From: an uncultured virus (IMG/VR IMGVR_UViG_2904584206_000001)
Lineage: Duplodnaviria; Heunggongvirae; Uroviricota; Caudoviricetes
IMG/VR virus record: IMGVR_UViG_2904584206_000001
DNA: 64,000 nucleotides
Direction: 5' to 3' (one strand)
In this document: positions 47,894 through 57,141 of the stretch, piece by piece
Position numbering within the stretch: position 1 is the first letter of the stretch
Layout: each line of letters opens with the position of its first letter
Position numbers and translations under genes: made by a program
The notes under the pieces: model-generated
What the model saw: only the letters and a program-made list of their open reading frames with translations
Told to the model about the DNA's origin: nothing
Databases searched by the model: none

Positions 47894-49008
47894 GAATTCC
47901 TTTCCCAATCCGCAGGCAGCAGGTATTCGAAGCCATCTTTCGATTTCTTCAATTTCATGCGCTTGCGTTTGTCATTTGGTTCTGGCTCGAAGCCATCCGG
48001 AGGCGCGACCTTCAGTACCGCCGTCGTACCGGCAGAGCGGGACCGCTTGTAGCTGACTTCCGAAATCAGCATGTCGCGGTCAAAGCCGATAATCCGGTCG
48101 ACCACGCGCACCACCATATTCGGTCGCCACAATGCGCCATTGGACTGATGCCAGCCCTGCACGGTGTAGGTCGCCTCGAGCGCACGACTGATCCGACTTT
48201 CACGCTCCCAGTCGGCCCGCCATTGAGCCAGTTCCTTGGTAATCTGTCCGGACTCCCGAATCACCAGCCGGCGATGCCGAGAGACTCGCGTATCCACAGA
48301 CGAGGCTGCCACCTGTGCGCTGTTCTCTTCGTCATCGTCGTCATCGCTTCCGGACTGCTGCCCCTTGGCCACGTATTCGGAGAACACGTTGGAGAAGTCG
48401 AGATCTGACTCGCCGGTCAAAATGTTCTCGCCGCGAGCCAGTCGATCATGCGCGCGCCCAGCACTCCCAGGCCTGACCATCACCATGCGGCCGTGACCGT
48501 CATCCATTGCCAGAAGCCGGGACAGGGTCAGCAACCGGTCCAGAGATTCGAACACTGTCTCGCCAGGCTTCACCGTATGATCCTTGACCATCGTGCCGTC
48601 ACCTGCCTCATTGATCACAGTGATGCCATAGGGCTTCACCAGTGCGCGGGCAATGTTCTCGATGGTTTGATTACGCCACTGGCCGGGCTTGTCATCCGGA
48701 CAGCAGTCCACCAGATCCGCCGTGAACGAGCGGCCCTTGATTGAGAGGGAGAGCGATTTCGCGTCGTGTCGTACTGGTGTGCCAAAGACGTAGCCGGTCA
48801 GCACTAATTCGCCATCGATGCGCACCTCGCACCGGTCACCCTGACGAATACGCACGTCGCCGCCCTGGTTGCCAGGCCAATCCCACGTCACCGTCAGAGT
48901 AAAATCCCGCGCCAGGCGCAGCACGCCTGCCCCGATATCCACATCCATCCAGCCGGCGTAGTCCTGCCCGTTGACGGTCAACGTCACGATTCCACGATCC
49001 GCCATCAC
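47890..49008 (-). CDS. Mu gp44-like baseplate hub
   Basis: GRSFTADLVDC, GETVFE, GENIL, LWRPN. Confidence 0.9.
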   Translation of the reverse strand: MMADRGIVTLTVNGQDYAGWMDVDIGAGVLRLARDFTLTVTWDWPGNQGGDVRIRQGDRCEVRIDGELVLTGYVFGTPVRHDAKSLSLSIKGRSFTADLVDCCPDDKPGQWRNQTIENIARALVKPYGITVINEAGDGTMVKDHTVKPGETVFESLDRLLTLSRLLAMDDGHGRMVMVRPGSAGRAHDRLARGENILTGESDLDFSNVFSEYVAKGQQSGSDDDDDEENSAQVAASSVDTRVSRHRRLVIRESGQITKELAQWRADWERESRISRALEATYTVQGWHQSNGALWRPNMVVRVVDRIIGFDRDMLISEVSYKRSRSAGTTAVLKVAPPDGFEPEPNDKRKRMKLKKSKDGFEYLLPADWERNS

Positions 49009-50240
49009 GACCTCGCCACTTGCAAGTCGACCGCCGGCACGAAGCCGGCATGCCGAATACGGTTCCGGGAAACGATCTCGGTGCCACGCGATGCGTCTCC
49101 GTAAAGGCGGTAGGCCAGCACCAGCGCCGGCAACGTTGCGGCGGGCGTCTCGGTCCGCAGCCTGACGCCGGCACGCGCTACCGCCGAGAGGTGAGCATTC
49201 ACGGCCTGCCGCGCAGCATCGAGCGTGTCATAGTGGCTCAAGGGTGAATACAGGGCGTACTGGAAGACTGCTTCGGCCAAGTCATCCCTGGCGGCCGCGA
49301 TGTCATCAGCGACCGGGACCTCGGCTGGCGTCGTCACGGTGGCCGCCTGCATATCCAAGCTGGGCGTCGCGCTTGCCGCGACTAGCGGTGCCGGGATCGG
49401 AACAGCCGCGGCATCGAGCATGCCGTTATAGGTCGCCGCGTCTTGCATCAACCCCACCAGGGCGCTCTGTACACCCTGCGCATCCTGGCCACCGGAGACA
49501 GGGGCCTGGGCGAGCGCGGTGATTGCCGCTCCACTGCTCGACACCGAGCTACTGGAACTGCCGAAACTGCTAAACGGCCGTTCCAGATCCGCCAGCGCAG
49601 AGAAGACCGTCGCTCCAAAGGAAGACGGAGCGTTCATCAGCGAATCGACCATCGCGCTAGTGGACGAGAACAGGGAGGACAACGGCTTGATATAGTTATT
49701 GACCGCACCGTAGACGGCCGCCACGTTCGCCTGGATGGCCACCACCTTCACCTTGGCCATGTTCACCGCTGCCATCGCGTCAGAGAACCGGCTGAGTGCG
49801 GAATCCTTGACCGACTTTGCAGACGTCTGCACCTGCTGCGCGGTGTTGGCCGTCGCGATGGGGAAGCCGAGTTCGCCCGCTTCCACAAAGACCAGCTCGA
49901 AGCGCACCACGCCGCCCTCGTCCCAACTATGGCTAGCCGTACAGTCGCTAGTGGCCGTCACCTTCATTCGCCCGTACCAAGGGTGGATGAGCTCCCCCTC
50001 GCCTGGCTTGTCCAGTGCGGCCAGCAGGGCGTCGCGCTCGTCCAGACAAGCTGGGCCGATCACGAAGGCAACAAAGCGGATGGTCCGCGTCTTGCGCCCC
50101 ATATCCTCCACGCGGGGCTTGTCCTTGCCTGGATACTCGAACACCACCACATCCCGGCCGACCGGCGAGGTCTCCGTATTGACACGGAATGGGACGCCTC
50201 GGAAGGAGGCCGGCTTGAGCCGTTTTTTCCAATCACTCAT
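49005..50240 (-). CDS. DNA circularisation / tail protein (Mu gpN-like)
   Basis: ASFRGVPF, EDMGR, LIHPWYG, PALVLAYRLYGD. Confidence 0.9.
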   Translation of the reverse strand: MSDWKKRLKPASFRGVPFRVNTETSPVGRDVVVFEYPGKDKPRVEDMGRKTRTIRFVAFVIGPACLDERDALLAALDKPGEGELIHPWYGRMKVTATSDCTASHSWDEGGVVRFELVFVEAGELGFPIATANTAQQVQTSAKSVKDSALSRFSDAMAAVNMAKVKVVAIQANVAAVYGAVNNYIKPLSSLFSSTSAMVDSLMNAPSSFGATVFSALADLERPFSSFGSSSSSVSSSGAAITALAQAPVSGGQDAQGVQSALVGLMQDAATYNGMLDAAAVPIPAPLVAASATPSLDMQAATVTTPAEVPVADDIAAARDDLAEAVFQYALYSPLSHYDTLDAARQAVNAHLSAVARAGVRLRTETPAATLPALVLAYRLYGDASRGTEIVSRNRIRHAGFVPAVDLQVARS

Positions 50241-52108
50241 CAGTTCCGTCCCAATGTTCTATAGCCGACCTTCGGCGTGATGTTCAGCCCTGGCTGGTTG
50301 GACTGGTTGCTATCAACGCGCATGCCCGCTGGCGCATCTTCGAACCGCACCACCATCTCACCTCTCATGTTCGCGGTCGCGCCAGCACGCCCTGCACCAG
50401 CAATGAGCTGCTGCCGCCAGCCTGCTGGACCGCCGCCTGCGAGCGGAGGCGCATCGCCGGAGCCGGCCCCATTGCCCGCCGCCGTCACTCTCGGGAAAAC
50501 ACCAGGCGCACCAGAGGAAGCCATACCACCAGGGCCCCCAGCCACGACCGGCACCTTGCGGCTGAACACGAAATTGAAGCCGTCGATCAACGGCTGCACA
50601 TAGGGGCGGATGCGATCCCACATGTTCCGGAACCAATCAACGATGGGCTCCCAGTTCTTGATGATCATGCCCAGCGGCGTGAAGCCGAACACCGTCTTGA
50701 TGAATTCCCATCCTGCAGCGAAGCCCGACTTGACGACATCCCACATCTGGCTGAAGAACGGCCCCACCGACCGCCAATTCGCGATCAGGAAGCCGGCCGC
50801 CAATGCGATGAGACGCACGGCGATGCCGATAGGCGTCAGGTTCGAGACGGCCAGGAACAGCTTCGTCGCCATCGTTGCACCCAGCACCGCGATACGCAGA
50901 CCGACGAAACCAACAGCGGCACCCACCAGCCCTTTGATCAGCCAGGGATTAGCTGCCGCCATCGAGGCGATCCCATCTGTGATCGGGCCGGCAACCGCCA
51001 ACAAGCTATTGAGCGGTGGCAGCATCACATTGCCGACGTTGATGCCGAGCGCAATCACCCGATTGGTGAACAGCTGGATGTTGTTCGCCGTGGTCGCTGC
51101 CCGCGCCGCATACTCCTGATTCATGGAGTTGGCGAACTTGGTGGCATCCGTGACCTTGTCCAGGTTCTCCTTTAGCTTGTCCAAGTTGGTCAGCATCGGC
51201 GCAATCGCCTCAATCGACTCCCGGCCGAAAAGCTGCTGCAGCACCGATGCCTGCTTCGGCTTGTCGACTTTGCTCACCGCCGTCAGCACCCGCAGCATCG
51301 TGCCCTGGGCGTCCTTCTGCATATCGACGGCCAGTTTCTTAGCATCGAGCCGCAACGCCTTGAAGGTCTGTTGCTGTTGCTTCGTGGCCGAAGCCCCGGC
51401 CGTCAAGGTCAGGAAGAAGTTCTTCATGCCGGTGGCCGCCACATCCTCCTGGATGCCGACACCCGCCAGCGTGGCACCCATGGCCGCGATCTGGCCCGAG
51501 GCCAAGCCCGCCACCTCGGCCAGTGGGCCGATGCGCGTCACGATGGCCGAGATCTGCTTGGCCTTCGCCGGCCCGGTGTTGCCGAGATAGTTGATCTTGT
51601 CGGACAGCGCGACCACCTCATCCTGCGTCATCCGGAACGAGGTACGCCACTTCGCCATCATCTCGCCGGCCTCGGTGGCGGTCTGGTCAAAGGCCACGCC
51701 CATCTTGACCGCATCCTCGGCGAAGCGAGGCAATTCACTGCGAGCAAAACCAGCCTGGCCACCAGCTGCGACGATGGCTGCGATGTCCTTCGCGGCCATC
51801 GGCAGCCGCCGCGACATCTGCAGCACCTCCTGGTTCATCTGTTTGAACTGGGCCGGCGTATCGAAGTTGACCACCTTCTTGACGTCAGCCATCGCCGATT
51901 CAAAGTCGATAGCCGACTTCGTTGCCGCGATCATGGTGGCGGCGAAGGCCCCACCCTGCACCAGCTCGCCCAGCGAGATCTTCTCGCCCAGGCTGCTCGA
52001 TGTCAGCTGCTTCCGAAATGATGCGACGTTCTTCCGAATGCCGGCCAGCGTCGGAGAGAGCTTGTCGACGCCTGTGATCAGCGCCTTCAACTGAAATTTA
52101 TCTGCCAT
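50240..52108 (-). CDS. Tape measure protein (TP901-like)
   Basis: FESAMADVKKVV, INYLGN, LFGRE. Confidence 0.9.
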   Translation of the reverse strand: MADKFQLKALITGVDKLSPTLAGIRKNVASFRKQLTSSSLGEKISLGELVQGGAFAATMIAATKSAIDFESAMADVKKVVNFDTPAQFKQMNQEVLQMSRRLPMAAKDIAAIVAAGGQAGFARSELPRFAEDAVKMGVAFDQTATEAGEMMAKWRTSFRMTQDEVVALSDKINYLGNTGPAKAKQISAIVTRIGPLAEVAGLASGQIAAMGATLAGVGIQEDVAATGMKNFFLTLTAGASATKQQQQTFKALRLDAKKLAVDMQKDAQGTMLRVLTAVSKVDKPKQASVLQQLFGRESIEAIAPMLTNLDKLKENLDKVTDATKFANSMNQEYAARAATTANNIQLFTNRVIALGINVGNVMLPPLNSLLAVAGPITDGIASMAAANPWLIKGLVGAAVGFVGLRIAVLGATMATKLFLAVSNLTPIGIAVRLIALAAGFLIANWRSVGPFFSQMWDVVKSGFAAGWEFIKTVFGFTPLGMIIKNWEPIVDWFRNMWDRIRPYVQPLIDGFNFVFSRKVPVVAGGPGGMASSGAPGVFPRVTAAGNGAGSGDAPPLAGGGPAGWRQQLIAGAGRAGATANMRGEMVVRFEDAPAGMRVDSNQSNQPGLNITPKVGYRTLGRN

Positions 52109-52274
52109 CCCTATCTCTCATTTGCTCAATACGCCAGGCCTGAGACCGATGCTCCATCAACTGGGATATCGTTCGCTCCAACTCGATCTCAGGATCGACC
52201 TGCCAGAACCATGCGCACTCGTAAGCGATATCGATCAGCTCGCTTGCGTTTCGGAAGTCCCACCCAAGAAAAAA
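52098..52274 (-). CDS. -1 frameshift extension of the tail assembly chaperone
   Basis: T-TTT-TTC slippery site (plus strand GAAAAAA 52268-52274); -1 frame reads AYECAWFW..DP. Confidence 0.7.
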   Translation of the reverse strand, partial: FFLGWDFRNASELIDIAYECAWFWQVDPEIELERTISQLMEHRSQAWRIEQMRDRDGR

Positions 52275-52759
52275 CCTGCGACCGCCCAGTACAGGGAATT
52301 GAGCTCCCGCGCCGACAGCTCGTCCAGAACTTCCTGCTCTTTGCCCGAGCAATGCAGCAGGTACTTGCCGGCCGCGTCGGTATTGATGGTCATGGAACCA
52401 TCCGGGGAGACCCAGTACGGCAAGGCCTTGACCTCCCGCGTGAACTTGCCGGTCGGCTCCTTGAGATCGAACGGGAGTTGCACCTCTTCCTCGTTCTCCT
52501 GGCCCATAAAGAAACCCGCGACTTCCCAGTACAACTGGTTGCGATCCACTGCCGCCAGCTGGTCGACCGAGGATTGCGGAATAGCCGCGCAGGCCACCAA
52601 CAGCCGGGAGGCCGCCTCGGTATTGATCGCCATGGCGTTGTCGCCGGCCATCCAGTACGGCAAGGCGCGAGCTGCACGGATCTGCTGCCCGGTCGGCGAC
52701 TTCAGGGTAATTTCAGTGAGCTGCTGGCCATGGGCCATGATGGGCTTGGAGAGCTTCAT
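52235..52759 (-). CDS. Tail assembly chaperone with a tandem-duplicated domain
   Basis: Two copies of LK.PTG..ALPYW..INT.AA..LYW.VAGFF. Confidence 0.8.
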   Translation of the reverse strand: MKLSKPIMAHGQQLTEITLKSPTGQQIRAARALPYWMAGDNAMAINTEAASRLLVACAAIPQSSVDQLAAVDRNQLYWEVAGFFMGQENEEEVQLPFDLKEPTGKFTREVKALPYWVSPDGSMTINTDAAGKYLLHCSGKEQEVLDELSARELNSLYWAVAGFFLGGTSETQAS

Positions 52760-53115
52760 TGCCAGGTCCCCTTGATGCCGTGGAATTCGAGGCCGGCCTT
52801 TGCATCGTCGCCGGACGTGGTCGGATCGCCCACCAGATAAGCGCCTGTCAGCACGTAGGTTTTCCCGTTCTTGAATTCGCATGTCACGGTCATGTTCGTG
52901 CCCTCGGCCAGCTTGGCGCGCGGGAAGTTCGGCGTATCGACTGCATCGCATTTGATGTACGGCGTGCGCTCCTTTTCCGAGAAGTAGCCCGGCACCACCG
53001 TCTCGCGCGTGGTATCCGTGAGCGGGGCCTCGCAGCCACCGCTGACCACGAGCTGGTCACCGTCGACCTTGATGTAGCAATCGCCTGCTGTTTTTTGTCC
53101 CATAGGATTCTCCAA
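52756..53115 (-). CDS. Tail tube
   Basis: AGDCYIKVDG, NGKTYVL; follows the sheath. Confidence 0.85.
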   Translation of the reverse strand: MENPMGQKTAGDCYIKVDGDQLVVSGGCEAPLTDTTRETVVPGYFSEKERTPYIKCDAVDTPNFPRAKLAEGTNMTVTCEFKNGKTYVLTGAYLVGDPTTSGDDAKAGLEFHGIKGTWQ

Positions 53116-53163
53116 ATGACGCGGCCCGGACTAGCCGGGCCGATAAGGGTTGATCAAGGATGC

Positions 53164-54654
53164 TTACGCCGTTTCCGCGTACTGCAGGCGGAATTGGTTG
53201 AGCAGCGCGAAGATACGCAGCTGGTTCACGTAGTCGGGCGGGAACAGCACATTGAGGCGGTTCGGATTGTTTGCATCGCGCTCCACGATCAGATACTTCG
53301 CAAACAGTGCCGAGTTCTCCACCAGGCCGGCCGTCTCCATGAGCTGATACTCACCGATCAGCTCATTGCGAATCACCGAGGGCGTCACGATGGCGTCACC
53401 CGGCCCGTACTTGGTACCGTCATTGGCCAGCTTGTGGCGACCGTATTTGCTGGTGATGATCGACTGCAGGCGGCGCATGACGGTCCCACTGATATGCATC
53501 GTTTCCGAGTCGTAATACGAATCGTCGGGCTGACCGTAGCTGTTGCGCTGGTAAGTCGTGCGCGCACGCTCGATCTGGACTGCGGAGCCTGCATACTTTT
53601 GCGTCGCGATACCGTTCTTCAGCAGGGCGCTGCGCTCCAGGTAGACGAAGCGCTCACCGGACGGCGCTGGCGTGGAGCCGACCAGTTCACCGGTTTGCGT
53701 GGGGCGCGCCGGATCTGCCGAGATGAACGCTGCCTGACGAGCCGTGTAGGCGGCCACGTCCTCCCAGATCAAATCGGGCTTGGTCGGCTCGAAGCCCTCG
53801 ATGGTCATGTGCGCATCGTTGCGATCCTTCCCGAACGCCGACAGCTGGCCCATCGTCCCACGGCGACCGGTGTAGACATGGCCCCACAACTGCTGGGCGA
53901 AGGACCAGCGGCCCGAGCTGTCATTCATCCACTCCTTGAAGTCATCCAGACTGGCCGAGTCCGAATAGGGATGGCAGATGAATTCGAAGGGCTCATCGCC
54001 GACCAGCGCCAGGAGAGACACCAGATCCGGCGAACCGGCACCACCCGTCAGATTCGTCAAGGTAATTGTGACGCCGGCCGGCGTCTTCTCGTTGGCCGAG
54101 GTGCCCTTGAAGTTCATGGCCAGGCGAATATCGTTGCCGGTATCGCCCTTCCAGCGGCAGGTCAACGTGACCTCCCCTGCAGCCGCAACCGCTTTGACTG
54201 GCAGACTGGCCGCATTGATGGCAGCGGCAATGGCCGCAGCGCTCTCTGCAGCGGTCTGACCGATGACCACCGTCGCACGCACGCGGGTCGCGCCCACGTA
54301 CAGATTCAGCACGCCGCCCTCAGTCGCAACACCGGCAAAGGTAACCTTGCCGGCCGCCGCCGTCCCGGTGTCCACTTTCACCGGCAACACCCAGACCTCG
54401 CCAGCCGGATCAGACTTGCGCCAAGCGGTGTACATGGTGGCGAGCATCGAGCCGGCACCGCCCAAGGCCACGGCATCACTGACGCGTGCCATGGGCTGCA
54501 GCTGGTTGACCAGCAGCACCTGATCATCGTTGACCTGGGCAATCAGGAGGCGACGCAGCGTCGAGGTCGCGCTGTTGGCCAAGCTGTTGTCCATCTCACC
54601 GTAGAACAGCGGCACGTTGGCATCAGCCGGCGTATTGTTGAACGGGACCGTCAT
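53164..54654 (-). CDS. Tail sheath (Mu gpL-like)
   Basis: PLFYGEMDNS, DPARP.QT, TTYQ.N..G, PPDYVNQLRIFA. Confidence 0.92.
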   Translation of the reverse strand: MTVPFNNTPADANVPLFYGEMDNSLANSATSTLRRLLIAQVNDDQVLLVNQLQPMARVSDAVALGGAGSMLATMYTAWRKSDPAGEVWVLPVKVDTGTAAAGKVTFAGVATEGGVLNLYVGATRVRATVVIGQTAAESAAAIAAAINAASLPVKAVAAAGEVTLTCRWKGDTGNDIRLAMNFKGTSANEKTPAGVTITLTNLTGGAGSPDLVSLLALVGDEPFEFICHPYSDSASLDDFKEWMNDSSGRWSFAQQLWGHVYTGRRGTMGQLSAFGKDRNDAHMTIEGFEPTKPDLIWEDVAAYTARQAAFISADPARPTQTGELVGSTPAPSGERFVYLERSALLKNGIATQKYAGSAVQIERARTTYQRNSYGQPDDSYYDSETMHISGTVMRRLQSIITSKYGRHKLANDGTKYGPGDAIVTPSVIRNELIGEYQLMETAGLVENSALFAKYLIVERDANNPNRLNVLFPPDYVNQLRIFALLNQFRLQYAETA

Positions 54655-54887
54655 TTCGACTCTCCTTCATCCGTTGCGGACTTGGCTGCCGACTTGCCGG
54701 CAGGCTTTGCAGTACCGGCGGCGTCATCACTCTTCGCGATGACAACGTCGCCGGAATTCACGGCGCGCACCCAGTAGGCGGTACGCGGTACGCTCCGGCC
54801 CTCGGCCGGAAGATCTTCGTTGCGTTCGGGGTCATGGACAACACGGCCCTCGCCCGGCTTGACGAAAATGGAGCGGTCATTACTCAC
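54651..54887 (-). CDS. DUF2635-like small tail protein
   Basis: VKP..GR.V.DP, YW.R....GDV. Confidence 0.75.
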   Translation of the reverse strand: MSNDRSIFVKPGEGRVVHDPERNEDLPAEGRSVPRTAYWVRAVNSGDVVIAKSDDAAGTAKPAGKSAAKSATDEGESK

Positions 54888-55476
54888 TTGTAAACTCCTG
54901 GTTGATGGTGATTTCAATACGCCCATCCGGGCCGGGGTACTTCAGGTTTTTGTCCGCCATCGGGTCGATAGCGTCCAATTCAAACTTGATGCCTTCGAGC
55001 CTGGGGAGCTCATCGCGTACCACATCCCCCCAGTTCTCGGCCGGCCCCGCCGCATCTCCCCGTCCGAGCTGGAACTCGGTGAGATAGGAGAAGCGATAGA
55101 CGATGCGCGACCGGTTCTGCAGGATCAACTGACCTCCGACGAACTCGATGGGATCAAAGTCCGGCATGGGCTTCCAACCGACCAGCGCCAGCGACAACAG
55201 GCTGCGCACCATATGCACGTCGTCAATGCGCTCCAGGTCCTGACCATTCGGCGCGTCCAGCACCACGACCACATCAAACTGATCGGTGACGTCTTGAGCG
55301 ACCAGGCTCTGGTACTTGTTGCGCTCGGCATCTGAATCGCCGACGATCACATAGGCACAGGGCGTGGCCAGCTTGGCGCTATCCTCCAGCGCCTCCCAGT
55401 CGATACCGCCAAAGATGCGGCGCGCAAAAAAGGGCACGCGGTCGCGCAGCTGCGCGACAACGGGACTCAGCTTCAT
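54880..55476 (-). CDS. Tail terminator-like protein
   Basis: P.AYVI, ALVGWKP, GPDGRIE; synteny. Confidence 0.7.
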   Translation of the reverse strand: MKLSPVVAQLRDRVPFFARRIFGGIDWEALEDSAKLATPCAYVIVGDSDAERNKYQSLVAQDVTDQFDVVVVLDAPNGQDLERIDDVHMVRSLLSLALVGWKPMPDFDPIEFVGGQLILQNRSRIVYRFSYLTEFQLGRGDAAGPAENWGDVVRDELPRLEGIKFELDAIDPMADKNLKYPGPDGRIEITINQEFTSE

Positions 55477-55485
55477 GGGATGTCC

Positions 55486-55956
55486 TTACTTGATAACGAG
55501 GGCTTTTTCGAAGGCTGACTGCAGCATGCGGCGCACCTCTTCACTTCGATCCCCCAGCGCGTCAACCATGTAGTTCCCGCGCGGCTCGACGCGATTGCTG
55601 CCGCTGCCCTTCCCTCCTGCCTTCCGCTTACCGCCAGGCTTGCGCTTGACGCCGTAGTGCAGGAATGCCGGATAGAACTGCTTCATGTCCGAGGTCAACT
55701 GCGGTGCCACCCTGACCAGGAAGCCAGACCGCGATACCTTGAGCTTGATCGAGCGCTGCAGCCGACCCGTACGGCGGCCGGGATAGGCACCAGGCTGGGA
55801 GCGCATCGACTTGCCGACCAGCTTGCGCGCGGCCTGCTGGACCGCACGGCCCGACTGCCGCATGGCACGGCGGATCTGTTTCTTGTCGAAGTCGATCTTC
55901 TTGTCGAAGCCTTCAAAGCCTTCGAGGTGAAGATAGAAGCCTTGATCCTTTGCCAT
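55486..55956 (-). CDS. HK97 gp10-like protein
   Basis: RTGRLQRSI, FYPAFLHYG. Confidence 0.75.
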   Translation of the reverse strand: MAKDQGFYLHLEGFEGFDKKIDFDKKQIRRAMRQSGRAVQQAARKLVGKSMRSQPGAYPGRRTGRLQRSIKLKVSRSGFLVRVAPQLTSDMKQFYPAFLHYGVKRKPGGKRKAGGKGSGSNRVEPRGNYMVDALGDRSEEVRRMLQSAFEKALVIK

Positions 55957-55957
55957 C

Positions 55958-56287
55958 TCAGAGCTCCTCGACTTCCAGCAGGGTGAAGCGCGGTGCGCCG
56001 TTCATCGCCATGGACCGGCGCACCCGGTACACCTGGTCGCCATGCACGATTTCATGGTCCGTGGTGATGCCCAAGATCCGCCGCAGGAAGATGCGATGAG
56101 TCACCTTCTCCTCGATCTGCACGCTCCCCGCATAAGTGGCAGCACCCACCGGTTCGATCTTGGCCCAGCGGCGGCGCTGGCCCCCAAACTCATGCGAGAG
56201 TTCGGCATCGGCCAGCGGCAGATCCTGTCGGTGACGGATCTCGATCCGGCGATTCAATTCGCCGGCCATCGGTTCATCGAGCGCCAT
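55958..56287 (-). CDS. Head closure protein
   Basis: AGELNRRI, WAKIEP, THRI. Confidence 0.8.
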   Translation of the reverse strand: MALDEPMAGELNRRIEIRHRQDLPLADAELSHEFGGQRRRWAKIEPVGAATYAGSVQIEEKVTHRIFLRRILGITTDHEIVHGDQVYRVRRSMAMNGAPRFTLLEVEEL

Positions 56288-56631
56288 TACACCCCCATGC
56301 ACTTACGATACGGTTGCAGCAGGGACAGTGATCCGCGCGGCAACTCGAAGATGTCTCGCACTGCCACCACGTCCGAGCGATGTTCATAGAGGTGACCGAG
56401 GATCAGCAGGATCGCCGCCTGGATGGCAGGATTGACCACCATGGGAGCTGCGCCTGCCGTATCAGCGGCGACGGCTACCGCCATCGCCGCTTCCGACTCG
56501 AACACCTGCCGATTGAGAAACTCCACGGCGGTCGCTTCAGCCGCCCCCAGGTAGATAGCGATGCCGGCATCTTCATCGACCTCGTCTACCTTCAAGTGCA
56601 TCTTGGCGACATCAAGAGAGACGAGGGACAT
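56287..56631 (-). CDS. Head-tail connector (gp6-like)
   Basis: AKMHLKVD, AILLILGHLYEHR, LLQPY. Confidence 0.85.
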   Translation of the reverse strand: MSLVSLDVAKMHLKVDEVDEDAGIAIYLGAAEATAVEFLNRQVFESEAAMAVAVAADTAGAAPMVVNPAIQAAILLILGHLYEHRSDVVAVRDIFELPRGSLSLLQPYRKCMGV

Positions 56632-56634
56632 GGA

Positions 56635-57078
56635 TCAATCCTCCGCGCCACCACCATTGCCGGCATCGGACTCAGCGCCAGCAGACGGAACTTGGTCGCC
56701 CTTCGTACCGTCAGCGCCCTGTGCAGACGTCTGCACAACTTCGCCCTGCTGCCCACCTTCACCGACTTGCGCCCCGTCGGCCAGATTGCCGGCACTCGCG
56801 CCTGCTGGCGGCGCGTTCAGCTTCGTCTCACCCACAGGCGCGGGAGGCTGAGAGCCAGCTGCCGAAGGCGTTTCCTTCTTGGCGCGACCGGTACGGGCGG
56901 GCGCGGTGCCACCTTTAGCGGGTGCAGCCGGTACAACGGGCTCGCTGGCCACGCGCTTCACCAGCGATGCACGCTCCAGCTCGGCCGCCACGGCTTCGGG
57001 AATCGTGGCCTCCTGACCCTTGCGCAGATCGAGGCGGCCATGCATGAGCGACTGAAGCGCAATAACTTTCACATCCAT
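56635..57078 (-). CDS. Hypothetical protein after the capsid gene with low-complexity tail
   Basis: AGGAG RBS; Ala/Gly/Pro-rich C-terminus. Confidence 0.6.
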   Translation of the reverse strand: MDVKVIALQSLMHGRLDLRKGQEATIPEAVAAELERASLVKRVASEPVVPAAPAKGGTAPARTGRAKKETPSAAGSQPPAPVGETKLNAPPAGASAGNLADGAQVGEGGQQGEVVQTSAQGADGTKGDQVPSAGAESDAGNGGGAED

Positions 57079-57141
57079 TGAATTCTCCTAAGCCGGCACC
57101 TGACGGCACCGGCCTTACGTTGAGAGATAGACCAGCGGCGA

